Source of the DNA: Gemmatimonadota bacterium
Lineage (GTDB): Bacteria; Latescibacterota; UBA2968
Direction of reading: 5' to 3'
NCBI GenBank assembly: GCA_026706845.1
Contig: JAPOXY010000278.1
Coordinates: 4,131 to 68,130 of the forward strand
DNA: 64,000 bases
The stretch's first letter is position 1. Every line of letters begins with the position of its first letter. The translations under genes and the position numbers were made by a program. The notes under the pieces were generated by a model that saw nothing but the letters and a program-made list of their open reading frames with translations, did no database searches and was not told the origin of the DNA. Shown in pieces: positions 28,655-38,192 of the stretch.

Positions 28655-29541
28655 AGACCTGGGATGATTTACGCGCGGTATTTGAGAAACAACTCGTATC
28701 TTTTGGCGAGGTGGAAGTAACTCCAGCTATTTTACTGACGTCTGTGCTGATTGTCCTTGTTGCATATGGGATCTCGCGGTTGTTGCAGCGCATGTTGCGA
28801 CGCAATGTGTTTGAACAGATACACCTGCGTCAAGGTTCGCAGTCTGCTATCTGTCGTCTATTGCACATTATCATCATGTGCATCGGCGCATTTATCGCCA
28901 TACAACATACCGGGATTGATCTGACGGCATTGGCTGCGGTCAGTGCTGTTTTGTTGGTAGGGATTGGTCTGGGGTTGCAAAATATTACCCACAATTTTAT
29001 CAGCGGACTCATTATGTTGTTTGAGCGGCCCGTGCAGGAGGGAGATTTTGTCGAGGTGGGTGGCGTACAAGGCACTGTACAGGCAGTTAATGCATATAGC
29101 ACAAAGGTCGAAACCCTGGACAGGGTGACGATTATTGTGCCCAATTCACATTTTTTATCTGACAATGTCACAAACTGGAGCTTTCAAGAGTCAAAAGTGC
29201 GTATTCACGTGTCTGTGGGGGTGTCCTACGGTTCCGATGTGGAACTGGTCGCGGAGACGTTGTTGGAGGTGGGGCGGGTGCATCAAGAGGTTTTGTCCGA
29301 TCCCGAACCGCAGATCCAGTTCCTGACATTTGGCGATAGTTCGCTGAATTTTGATTTGCTGGTGTGGATTGAGGATCCGACCCGCCAGTATTTTGTGATT
29401 AGCGATTTGAATTTTGCAATTGTTCAGGCATTTCGAGAGCGGAATATCGAGATTCCATTTCCACAGCGGGATTTGCATGTGCGAAGTGCCGTGCCCATAC
29501 AGTTGCCGACACCATTACCTGAAAATAGGCGAGAAGAATAA
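28651..29541 (+). CDS. Small-conductance mechanosensitive channel, MscS family
   Basis: MscS signature region GLGLQNITHNFISGLIMLFERPVQEGDFVEVGGVQGTVQAVNAYSTKVETLDRVTIIVPNS. 4-nt overlap (ATGA) with the upstream channel gene. Confidence 0.85.
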   Translation: MKTWDDLRAVFEKQLVSFGEVEVTPAILLTSVLIVLVAYGISRLLQRMLRRNVFEQIHLRQGSQSAICRLLHIIIMCIGAFIAIQHTGIDLTALAAVSAVLLVGIGLGLQNITHNFISGLIMLFERPVQEGDFVEVGGVQGTVQAVNAYSTKVETLDRVTIIVPNSHFLSDNVTNWSFQESKVRIHVSVGVSYGSDVELVAETLLEVGRVHQEVLSDPEPQIQFLTFGDSSLNFDLLVWIEDPTRQYFVISDLNFAIVQAFRERNIEIPFPQRDLHVRSAVPIQLPTPLPENRREE

Positions 29542-30803
29542 TGTCAGTAGATAGACGACCTGTTGCCGGTGCATTGACGGTGGGATTTGCAGCGAGCTTT
29601 TTGTTGTGTGGATATGAGTTTGTGCGGAGTGTATCCACGTCGTTGTTCATCGGGGCGTATGGGGCGCACAATTTGCCTTTTGTGATGACGCTGGCGCCTC
29701 TGGGTACGTTTGGTATGGTTTGGATGTACGGGGTGTTGTTGTCGCGGTTTGGGTCGCGGCAGACTTTGTTTTTGACGTCGGTGCTTTCGGGTGGGGGTAT
29801 TCTGGCGTGTTACGGGGGGATTTTATCTGGTTTTCATCCGGCGGTCGGGGTGTTATATGTGCTGCGCGAAGCGTATATTGTGTTGATTATTGAACAGTAC
29901 TGGTCGTTTATCAATAGCGTCTTGCGAGATGATCAGGGGCGAAAGTACAATGGTCCGATCTGTGGTATTGCGTCGGTGGGGGCGATTTGTGGGGGGTTGA
30001 TTGTAGGGCAAACGGCGAAGGTGATAGGCAGTGAACACCTGTTGATTTTTGCTGGAATATCCCTGCTGCCGTCAGCAGTTCTGGCGTGGTGGGCGTATGG
30101 TCTGGGGGGTGTGCCGGTTCAGGAGCCGGAAAAGCGAGGCAAGCTGGCGTTGGGTTTGTTTCGAGATATTCCGACTTTGCGCTATCTCGTAGGTCTGATT
30201 TTTGTCACGCAGATGGTGTCGGCGGTGCTGGATTTGCGGTTCAGTGGGTTGGTGGAAACGGCTTTGCCGATGCAGGACGAACGCACCGCATATTTTGGGT
30301 ATTTTTATGCGTTTTTGAATGCCTGTGCATTTGTGTTTCAGTTTGGCGTTGCACCCCTGTTGCTGCATTTTGTGTCGTTGCGAACCGCCCATCTCGGTAT
30401 TCCGGTGGTTCATCTGATAACGTGTGGGGTGTTGTTGGCATATCCGACTCTGACTACTGGTGCACTGGCTTATCTGGTGTTTAAGACGCTGGATTATTCG
30501 GTGTTTCGAGCGGCGAAAGAGTTGCTCTATATTCCGCTTTCGTTTGATGCGAGGTACCGGGCGAAAGAAGTGATCGATGCGTTTGGTTATCGCGCGTCAA
30601 AGGGGATGACTTCGGGGTTGATTGCACTGGCGGGGACTATTTCTTACAGGGTTTTCAATATTGGACGATTGCCGGGGTCAGTGTATCCGCTTGTTGCTTT
30701 GGGCGCGTTGGGTGTATGGAGTTGGATCGCGTGGGCAATTACAAGATCGGAGGATGATAGGGGCAGGCGACTACGGGTTTCAGAGGAAGTTGCCGATTTG
30801 TAG
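29541..30803 (+). CDS. Polytopic membrane transporter, TLC (ATP/ADP translocase / NTT)-like family candidate
   Basis: ~11-12 TM. The motif EQYWSFINSVLRDDQGRKYNGPICGIASVGAICGG resembles the TLC block W-x-F-x-N-x-I…AKRFY…G-x-N-x-G. Shorter (420 aa) than canonical NTTs. Confidence 0.4.
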   Translation: MSVDRRPVAGALTVGFAASFLLCGYEFVRSVSTSLFIGAYGAHNLPFVMTLAPLGTFGMVWMYGVLLSRFGSRQTLFLTSVLSGGGILACYGGILSGFHPAVGVLYVLREAYIVLIIEQYWSFINSVLRDDQGRKYNGPICGIASVGAICGGLIVGQTAKVIGSEHLLIFAGISLLPSAVLAWWAYGLGGVPVQEPEKRGKLALGLFRDIPTLRYLVGLIFVTQMVSAVLDLRFSGLVETALPMQDERTAYFGYFYAFLNACAFVFQFGVAPLLLHFVSLRTAHLGIPVVHLITCGVLLAYPTLTTGALAYLVFKTLDYSVFRAAKELLYIPLSFDARYRAKEVIDAFGYRASKGMTSGLIALAGTISYRVFNIGRLPGSVYPLVALGALGVWSWIAWAITRSEDDRGRRLRVSEEVADL

Positions 30804-30811
30804 ATGAGTGC

Positions 30812-30840
30812 TTGACACAAAATGTCAAAACCTCTATTTT
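30812..30840 (+). promoter_or_regulatory. σ70-like promoter (TTGACA-17-TATTTT) with an embedded palindrome TGACA-N5-TGTCA, upstream of the ileS leader
   Basis: ttgacacaaaatgtcaaaacctctatttt. The inverted repeat at 30813-30827 overlaps the -35. Confidence 0.4.
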
Positions 30841-31033
30841 TAACCGCGCTGATAGGAAAAAGGATGAGAATATGAACGCAATCCGTCAAAAATCCCCGCA
30901 ACTGAGAAAGGGTCCTGCCCAGGTGACAGGTTGTCTGACACCGGGCAGTGCTATTGGGGTTATACGTATATATGCCGCGGAGACGCTTGTGGGGTGTTGT
31001 TTGTCTTAAGCTATATACTTTTTGTATGACACA

Positions 31034-31066
31034 CCGCCAGAGGCGTTTGCCGTGGCGGTTTTTTGT
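31034..31066 (+). terminator. Terminator/attenuator-like hairpin in the ileS 5' leader
   Basis: GC-rich stem ccgcc…ggcgg followed by tttttt, 43 nt upstream of the ileS ATG and ~200 nt downstream of the promoter-like element. Confidence 0.45.
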
Positions 31067-31108
31067 TGTACACAGAGATGTTCTTGGCACGATTTCAAGG
31101 AGTTTTTA

Positions 31109-34100
31109 ATGTTTGAAAAAGTAGATACAAATGTGAATTTTCCCAAAGAGGAAGAAAAGGTGCTCGCTTTTTGGGATGAGATCAGAGCATTTGAAAAATC
31201 GCTCGAGATCAGAAGAAATAACGATGAATATGTTTTTTACGATGGGCCGCCTTTTGCGACGGGTCTGCCGCACTACGGACACTTGCTGGCAGGGACGATT
31301 AAAGATGTGATTCCGCGCTATCAAACTATGAATGGCAAATACGTAGATCGCGTCTTTGGATGGGACTGTCACGGCTTGCCCGTAGAATATGAACTCAGCC
31401 AGGAACTGGGCTTGAATAGCAAGCACGAGATTGAAGAGTACGGGATTGCGGAATACAATGAGGCATGCCGGGGCATTGTTTTGCGATATACTGCCGAGTG
31501 GCGACAATTCGTCAAACGCATTGGGCGCTGGGTCGATTTTGAAAATGGGTACCGCACGATGGACCGCGACTATATGGAGTCTATCTGGTGGGTGTTCAAA
31601 CAGCTTTGGGACAAGGGCTTGATCTACGAGGGACACAAAATTTTGCCTTATTGTCCCCGGGATGCGACACCTTTGTCCAATTTTGAAGCTAATCAGGGTT
31701 ATGAGTCCGTGCAGGATCCGGCTATTACCGTTGCGTTTAAACTCAAAGATGAACCGGATACATATCTTCTGGCGTGGACGACAACGCCATGGACCTTGCC
31801 GTCAAATTTGGCAATGACTGTGCACGAAGATATAGATTATGTGTATGTCAAAGATGAGGATGTGACGTACGTTCTCGCTGAGGCGCGTGTGGATACCTAC
31901 TATCCCGCAGGCAGACCCGAGATTGTCAGGACCGTAAAGGGGAAGGAGCTTCTGGGTCTTCAATACGAACCGCTTTTTCCCTATTTTGAAGACCTTCGCG
32001 CAGAGGGGGCGTTCCGCATTATTACAGCCGAATTTGTTACTACTGAAGAGGGAACGGGTATTGTCCACACGGCACCTGGATTTGGTGAAGACGATGCCGA
32101 AGCCGGTATCGTTCACGGCGTTCCATCTGTTTGTCCGATTGATGCCGAATGCCGTTTTACATCTGAGGTACGTGATTATGAAGGGCGTTTTGTCAAGGAC
32201 TGTGATGGCGATATTGTGAATCGTTTGAAAGAAGAAGGCAAGCTCGTACACCGCTCTACACATCACCACAGTTATCCCCATTGCTGGCGGTGTGAGTCGC
32301 CCCTTATTTACAGGGCGATTTCGACGTGGTTTGTCAATATTGAGAAGATTAAAGACAGGATGCTCCGTGCAAACGCGCAGATCCACTGGGTGCCCGAACA
32401 TATCAAAGCGGGGCGTTTTGGCAATTGGCTGGAAAATGCGCGGGATTGGGCGATTTCCCGCAATCGCTATTGGGGTTGCCCGCTTCCCCTGTGGCGCAAC
32501 GAAGAGACGGGTGAGACTGTGTGTGTTGGCTCTATCGGCGAACTGGAGGAACGCACGGGCGGCAAGTTTGACGATATCCACAAGCATTTTATGGATCCGG
32601 TTATTATGGAGGGTGAAACGGGACCTCTGACCCGCGTGCCCGAAGTGCTCGACTGCTGGTTTGAGAGCGGTTCTATGCCTTATGCACAGCGCCATTACCC
32701 ATTTGAGAACAAGGAGTGGCTGAATGCGCATTTTCCAGCGGATTTTATCGCTGAGGGATTGGACCAGACGCGGGGCTGGTTTTATACGCTTGTGGTACTC
32801 GGCGCTGCTCTTTTTGACCGTCCGCCGTTTGAAAATGTGGTGGTCAACGGTATGATTCTCGCCGAAGATGGGCGCAAAATGTCCAAGCGTTTGAAGAATT
32901 ATCCCGATCCCATGCATATTATGAATACCTATGGTGCCGATGCTCTGCGTCTCAATATGTTGTCTTCTCCTGTGGTGCGCGGCGAAGATCTCGCGTTTTC
33001 GGAACAGGGGGTTCAAAAGACGATGCGCAGCGTTCTGCTGCCTTTGTGGAATGCGTACAGTTTTCTCGTTACTTATGCGAGGGTTGATAACTGGCAGCCT
33101 GCATCGGATCGGTCAGATCATCCGCTCGATCGCTGGATTCGCGCGCGTTTGAATCATCTGGTGCGCGATATTCGCCAGGGGCTGGATCGCTGTCATTTGC
33201 AGACGGCGGCCACGCGATTTGCAACATTTATCGACGATATGACCAACTGGTATATCCGACGCAGCCGACGGCGGTTCTGGAAAAGCGATAATGATAGCGA
33301 TAAATTGTCTGCTTATGCGACGCTCTATCACGTGCTTTTGACGCTGGTTAAAGCACTGGCACCTTTCGCGCCGTTTATCACGGAGACTATCTACCGGAAT
33401 TTGCGCGCGAGCGATATGCCGGAGTCTGTTCATTTGTGCGATTATCCCGATGTGATTGAGGCCGATCTCGATGAGAGACTCGAGCAGCAGATGGCGCGCA
33501 CGCGAACAGCGGTTGGGTTGGGCAGGTTTTTGCGCAGTCAGGCCAATGTCAGGACCCGACATCCTTTGCGTGCGGTGATTCTCGTGTCTATGCAGGAGGA
33601 TGTGCGCGAAGATCTCAGGGCATTACAGGATATTGTCGCGGATGAGTTAAATGTGAAAGAGGTGGATATCCGCCACGATGAAGAGGCCGTTGTGACGCTT
33701 TCTGCAAAAGCTAACTTCAGAGCGCTGGGGCCGCGTCTGGGGAAAAATATGAAGGTGGCTGCGGGAAAGATTGCGGGTCTCGGCTTTGAAGAGATCCAAT
33801 CGCTGCGCGACGGCCACGCGCTGACATTGGATCTGGATGGTGCGGAGCCTTTAGATCTCACGGTGGATGATATTTTGATCCAGCGCGAAGAGAAAGAAGA
33901 TATGGCTGTGGCCAATGAAGGCGATATTACGGTGGCGCTGGATTTGCACAGGGATGAAAATTTAGTACGCGAAGGTCTGGCGCGCGAGATCGTCCATGTG
34001 ATTCAAAATATCCGCAAGGATAAGGGGCTGGATGTTTCAGACCGGATCACTGTGACATATATGGATAATGGCAATTCTCTGGCACCTGCTTTCGACCAGT

Positions 34101-34228
34101 TTCGAGATTATATCATGGGTGAGACGCTCTGTACGAGATTGGTTCGCGTAGATGAGGTGGATGGCGATGCGGTTGATCTCGAAGGCCAGACCGTGCGGTT
34201 TCTCGTCGAGAAAAACAGTGCGTCATAA
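31109..34228 (+). CDS. ileS: Isoleucine--tRNA ligase, type 2 (eukaryote/archaeal-like form)
   Basis: True start at MFEKVDTNVNFPKEEEKVLAFWDEI (RBS aggag). The listed ORF start at 31022 is an in-frame upstream extension. Has HYGH and KMSKRL class-I motifs and lacks the type-1 C-terminal zinc finger. Confidence 0.9.
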   Translation: MFEKVDTNVNFPKEEEKVLAFWDEIRAFEKSLEIRRNNDEYVFYDGPPFATGLPHYGHLLAGTIKDVIPRYQTMNGKYVDRVFGWDCHGLPVEYELSQELGLNSKHEIEEYGIAEYNEACRGIVLRYTAEWRQFVKRIGRWVDFENGYRTMDRDYMESIWWVFKQLWDKGLIYEGHKILPYCPRDATPLSNFEANQGYESVQDPAITVAFKLKDEPDTYLLAWTTTPWTLPSNLAMTVHEDIDYVYVKDEDVTYVLAEARVDTYYPAGRPEIVRTVKGKELLGLQYEPLFPYFEDLRAEGAFRIITAEFVTTEEGTGIVHTAPGFGEDDAEAGIVHGVPSVCPIDAECRFTSEVRDYEGRFVKDCDGDIVNRLKEEGKLVHRSTHHHSYPHCWRCESPLIYRAISTWFVNIEKIKDRMLRANAQIHWVPEHIKAGRFGNWLENARDWAISRNRYWGCPLPLWRNEETGETVCVGSIGELEERTGGKFDDIHKHFMDPVIMEGETGPLTRVPEVLDCWFESGSMPYAQRHYPFENKEWLNAHFPADFIAEGLDQTRGWFYTLVVLGAALFDRPPFENVVVNGMILAEDGRKMSKRLKNYPDPMHIMNTYGADALRLNMLSSPVVRGEDLAFSEQGVQKTMRSVLLPLWNAYSFLVTYARVDNWQPASDRSDHPLDRWIRARLNHLVRDIRQGLDRCHLQTAATRFATFIDDMTNWYIRRSRRRFWKSDNDSDKLSAYATLYHVLLTLVKALAPFAPFITETIYRNLRASDMPESVHLCDYPDVIEADLDERLEQQMARTRTAVGLGRFLRSQANVRTRHPLRAVILVSMQEDVREDLRALQDIVADELNVKEVDIRHDEEAVVTLSAKANFRALGPRLGKNMKVAAGKIAGLGFEEIQSLRDGHALTLDLDGAEPLDLTVDDILIQREEKEDMAVANEGDITVALDLHRDENLVREGLAREIVHVIQNIRKDKGLDVSDRITVTYMDNGNSLAPAFDQFRDYIMGETLCTRLVRVDEVDGDAVDLEGQTVRFLVEKNSAS

Positions 34229-34311
34229 AATTAGCAACTCGGTGTACAACTGGTTCAGGTCGGTCCATCAACGGCGTTATTCAGCACTGACATTTCTTCA
34301 CCGAAAGGACT

Positions 34312-36762
34312 ATGATGCAAGATCACGCACGGGTCGTTATCATCGGTGCCGGTATCGCCGGAACCAGCGTCGCCTACCACCTTGGGCAACTGGGGTGGAA
34401 GGACATTATGGTCCTGGAAAAGGGGCCGCTGTTCAAAACCGGCGGCTCGACCTCCCACGCCCCCGGCCTCGTTTTCCAGGTCAATGTCTCGCGCCTGATG
34501 TCTGTTTTTGCACGCGAGACGACCCAACTCTACCAACGCCTCAGTCCACCCGACGGCGAGCCATTGTGGTTTGAGGTCGGAGGATTGGAAGTAGCGACGA
34601 CGCTCGAGCGGTTCGACGACCTCAAGCGCAAGGTCGGGGCTGGCCGGGCCTGGGGCATTGATACCGGTTTGCTCGGTCCGGACGAGGTCCGCGAAAAAAT
34701 CCCGCTGTTGACCGACCCGATTTACGGTGCCCTGTACACGCCTAGCGATGGTATTGCACGGGCCTGGCAACTGGCCGAGACCATGGCCGAGCACGCCCAG
34801 GCTGGCGGGGCTGCACGGTTTTATGGAAATACCACAGTAACCGGCATTGACGTGGTCGAAGGTCGCGTGGTTGCGGTGCATACTGATCGCGGGCATATCC
34901 GCACCGAGGCCATCGTCTGCGCGGCCGGGATATGGGGGCGCCTGATCGGTCAGATGGCCGGTGTCTCCCTGCCGCTGGTGCCTTTTTGCCACCTGTACGC
35001 CGAAACAGCCCCCTTGCCCGAACTCGCTGGGGAAACCATGCAGTACCGGCACCCCATCCTCCGCCATCAGGATCGGGCGATCTACTGTCGGCAAGAGGGC
35101 GAGGCGTACCTGGTCGGTTCCTACGATCACGAGCCTTTGCGCGTCGAGCCAGAGAATATCGAATCACACGAGGAAGCTCCCGTGATGCCTTCCATGCGGC
35201 CCTGGTCGGCCGCAGCCTTCCGCGAGGGGATGATCTCGGCCAGCAAACTGCTGCCAGCACTTGATCGAGCCGCACTATCCCGCAAGGTCAACGGCCTGTT
35301 GCTGTTTACACCAGACGGAATGCCCGTGCTCGGCGAGGCCCCTCAGGTCAAGGGGTTTTGGTCGGCCGAGGCGGTGTGGATCACGCATGCTGGTGGTGCT
35401 GGCAAGGCGGTCGCCGAGTGGATGGCAAACGGTCAGCCAACCATGGATTTGCGCCACGCCGACCTCGCCCGCTTCCTTCCCTACCAGCGTACCACATCCT
35501 ACGTCGTCCAGCGCAGTACGCAGCAATACCGCGAGGTTTACGACATCATTCATCCGGCCCAGCCTATAGACGCCCCGCGCGGCCTGCGCCTCCTCCTGTG
35601 CCACCAACGCTATCGGGAACTGGGGGCCGTCTTTGTCGAAAGCGCGGGATGGGAACGGCCTCAGTGGTTTGAGACCAACGCGGTTCCCATTGACCACAGC
35701 CACACCCGCAGCGGTTGGGCGGCGCGTTTTTGGTCGCCGATCATCGGCACAGAGCATCTCGCCGTCCGCGAGCGCGTGGGGCTTTTTGACCTGACCCCGT
35801 TTGCCAAATTTCGCGTATCCGGGCCGGGGGCTCTGGCGTTCTTGGACTATTTGGCCGCCAACCGCATGGATCAACCCCAGGGCTGCATTACCTACACTTC
35901 AATGCTCACGCCGCAGGGAGGCATCCAGTGCGACCTGACCGTAACACGCCTTGCCGACGATCAATTCCTCATCGTCACAGGCGGCAGCACCGCCGAGCGC
36001 GACAAGGCGTGGATCCGCCGTTACATGCCCACAGATGGCTCGGTTGTCCTGTGCGATGAGAGTAGCCGCTGGTGTTGTATAGGCGTTTGGGGTCCCAGGG
36101 CGCGCGAACTACTGCGTCGCACTACCGACGCCGATGTGTCTGACCGCGCATTTCCCTACCTGACCGCGCGGCATCTCGACATCGGCGCGATTCCGGTCCT
36201 CGCTTTGCGGATTTCCTATGTCGGCGAACTCGGCTGGGAACTTTACGCGCCGTTCGAGTTTGGGCAAGCCCTGTGGGATGAGCTCTGGCAAGCCGGTCAG
36301 CCCCACGGCGCAATTGCCGCCGGGCTGGGGGCTTTTGACTCCCTGAGGCTCGAAAAGGGCTATCGGCTTTGGGGAAACGAACTCCACACAGAGTACAATC
36401 CGCTGGAGGCCGGGCTTTCTTTTGCGGTGAGGATGGAGAAGGGGGACTTCATTGGTCGGGCAGCTCTTGCCAGGGCTCGTGAGCAAGGTCCGGCGCAAAA
36501 ACTCTGCTGTCTGACCCTTGACGTACCCAACGCGGTGGTGATGGGGAACGAGCCGATTTGGATCAACGGTCGCATAGGCGGTTATGTCACCAGTGCCAAT
36601 TACGGCTACTCCATTGACCGCGGTATCGCCTACGGTTATCTGCCGGTGCAACACGCCCGCGTGGGAACCCAGGTGGAGATCGAATACTTTGGCGAGTCTT
36701 TTCCAGCCACGGTCGCCTCCGAACCCTTGTGGGACCCGCAGATGACGCGCCTCAAGTGCTGA
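34312..36762 (+). CDS. Dimethylglycine/sarcosine dehydrogenase-family flavoprotein (N-terminal FAD/DAO domain fused to a C-terminal GcvT-like folate-binding domain)
   Basis: 816 aa. VVIIGAGIAGTSVAYHL dinucleotide fold. C-terminal aminomethyltransferase-fold half. Confidence 0.8.
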   Translation: MMQDHARVVIIGAGIAGTSVAYHLGQLGWKDIMVLEKGPLFKTGGSTSHAPGLVFQVNVSRLMSVFARETTQLYQRLSPPDGEPLWFEVGGLEVATTLERFDDLKRKVGAGRAWGIDTGLLGPDEVREKIPLLTDPIYGALYTPSDGIARAWQLAETMAEHAQAGGAARFYGNTTVTGIDVVEGRVVAVHTDRGHIRTEAIVCAAGIWGRLIGQMAGVSLPLVPFCHLYAETAPLPELAGETMQYRHPILRHQDRAIYCRQEGEAYLVGSYDHEPLRVEPENIESHEEAPVMPSMRPWSAAAFREGMISASKLLPALDRAALSRKVNGLLLFTPDGMPVLGEAPQVKGFWSAEAVWITHAGGAGKAVAEWMANGQPTMDLRHADLARFLPYQRTTSYVVQRSTQQYREVYDIIHPAQPIDAPRGLRLLLCHQRYRELGAVFVESAGWERPQWFETNAVPIDHSHTRSGWAARFWSPIIGTEHLAVRERVGLFDLTPFAKFRVSGPGALAFLDYLAANRMDQPQGCITYTSMLTPQGGIQCDLTVTRLADDQFLIVTGGSTAERDKAWIRRYMPTDGSVVLCDESSRWCCIGVWGPRARELLRRTTDADVSDRAFPYLTARHLDIGAIPVLALRISYVGELGWELYAPFEFGQALWDELWQAGQPHGAIAAGLGAFDSLRLEKGYRLWGNELHTEYNPLEAGLSFAVRMEKGDFIGRAALARAREQGPAQKLCCLTLDVPNAVVMGNEPIWINGRIGGYVTSANYGYSIDRGIAYGYLPVQHARVGTQVEIEYFGESFPATVASEPLWDPQMTRLKC

Positions 36763-36775
36763 GAACCTGGCATGC

Positions 36776-36817
36776 TGAAAAAAAATAATACGCCCCCGAA
36801 AGGAAGGCGTATTATTG
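36776..36817. terminator. Bidirectional terminator between the convergent DMGDH-like and GcvT-like genes
   Basis: 11-bp perfect stem aataatacgcc/ggcgtattatt with an A-run upstream. This reads as hairpin + T-run on the minus strand. Confidence 0.7.
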
Positions 36818-36840
36818 TCTCTGGTGATTGGAGCATCCTG

Positions 36841-38151
36841 TTAGTTGACGTAATCGCGGCCTTTGCGCTGCGCCACTTCGCGGATGTTGGGGTTTACCGA
36901 TGGGCGGAAGGGCACCTCGACGACCTCGGCGGACACCGCGCAGTCGCCGTATTCAGGGGGGAGGTGGACGCGCAGGGCTGTTCCGGTGGCCCGCATTTTC
37001 CAGGGTACATAAGCCAGCGCGATGTTGGTTTCCAGCTCGGGCGAAAACCACGGCGAGGTGACGTAGCCGACCGGATCGTCGCCTTCGGCGGCACTGATTA
37101 GCCAGAAGTCGTGGGCATAGTCTGTCACCGGCATTCCCCCGAAGGTGATCCCGACCAGTACATTGCGAAATGGAGGTTTCCCGGCTTCGATGGCCGCCCG
37201 TACCTCGTTGAGCTTTTGCTTGCCGATGTAGGAGGCCTGCTTTTTGCGCGGCACCTGGTAGCTGAGGTTGCACTGGAACGGCAGGGTTTCCTGGTCCATG
37301 TCCTGACCCCAGGAGAGGATGCCGGCAGCGATGCGTCGGTGATGAGCCGGGGCAATTACCATCAGTTGGTGTCGCTCGCCGATTTCGAGCAGCGTGTGCC
37401 ACAGGTCTTCGGCGTACAGGGTGGCGTCTCTGAGGTAAATTTCGTAGCCCTTCTCGCCGCTAAAGCCGGTTTGCGAAATCACGACTGGATGTCCGGCCAC
37501 TTTCCCTTCCATCAAGCCATAAAACGGAATATCGCGCACGCGCTCGCCAAACAGATCGACCATCAATGCCTCGGACTTCGGCCCTTGAATCTGCACCGGT
37601 GCCACATCGATTTCGCCGATGGACACGTCGTAGCCCAGCCCCACGTTGACACCGCGCAACCACAGTTCCAGGTCGCTGTCTGCCAGCGAAAACCAGTACT
37701 CGTCCTCGGCGAGGCGCAACAGCACGGGGTCGTTGAGTATGCCGCCATCTTCGTTGCAGAGGATGACGTATTTGCCGTGCATCGGTTTGATGAGGGTGGC
37801 GTCGCGGGTGATGACGTAGTTGACAAAGGCGGCGGCGTCTGGCCCCTTTACCTGGATCTGGCGCTCGACTGCCACGTTCCACAGCGAGACGTGGTTGACC
37901 AGTGCGTCGTATTCGACCATAGCCCCGCCATCTTGCGGGCGCACATAGCCGCGCGGGTGATATATGCGGTTGTACACAGTGGCACGCCAGCACCCGACTT
38001 CCATTGACAGGTGCCAATACGGAGATTTGCGGACGCGGGTGGAAATGAGCATTTCCACCGGGGTCGCACCGGACTGGCGGAGATTAATGGGCACGCGCCG
38101 ATCAGACTGATCCACGCTGGTGCATTGAGTAGCTGATCGAGGGCGGTTCAT
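36841..38151 (-). CDS. Aminomethyltransferase (GcvT/DmdA-like) family protein
   Basis: GcvT-fold sequence. Start chosen at the internal ATG (MNRPRSATQ…) preceded by GGAG. The 53-aa upstream extension in the listed ORF lacks an RBS. Confidence 0.75.
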   Translation of the reverse strand: MNRPRSATQCTSVDQSDRRVPINLRQSGATPVEMLISTRVRKSPYWHLSMEVGCWRATVYNRIYHPRGYVRPQDGGAMVEYDALVNHVSLWNVAVERQIQVKGPDAAAFVNYVITRDATLIKPMHGKYVILCNEDGGILNDPVLLRLAEDEYWFSLADSDLELWLRGVNVGLGYDVSIGEIDVAPVQIQGPKSEALMVDLFGERVRDIPFYGLMEGKVAGHPVVISQTGFSGEKGYEIYLRDATLYAEDLWHTLLEIGERHQLMVIAPAHHRRIAAGILSWGQDMDQETLPFQCNLSYQVPRKKQASYIGKQKLNEVRAAIEAGKPPFRNVLVGITFGGMPVTDYAHDFWLISAAEGDDPVGYVTSPWFSPELETNIALAYVPWKMRATGTALRVHLPPEYGDCAVSAEVVEVPFRPSVNPNIREVAQRKGRDYVN

Positions 38152-38192
38152 GGAAAATCTCCTTTTGATAATGCACCGGGGCCTCCGGCTGG

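Noticed and set aside
30812-31009. 65-aa + strand ORF in the ileS upstream region.
   Set aside because: Low-complexity product with no RBS. The region is better explained as a structured 5' leader (promoter + hairpins + terminator) of ileS.
31022-31108. N-terminal extension of the ileS ORF (MYDTPPEAFAVAVFCC…) given in the ORF track.
   Set aside because: The extension spans the terminator hairpin and lacks an RBS. The conserved IleS N-terminus begins at MFEKVDTNV (31109), which has an AGGAG RBS.
30804-31108. T-box riboswitch upstream of ileS.
   Set aside because: I could not find the conserved T-box sequence or a specifier-loop arrangement. The leader is structured, but it is not assignable to the T-box class from the sequence alone.
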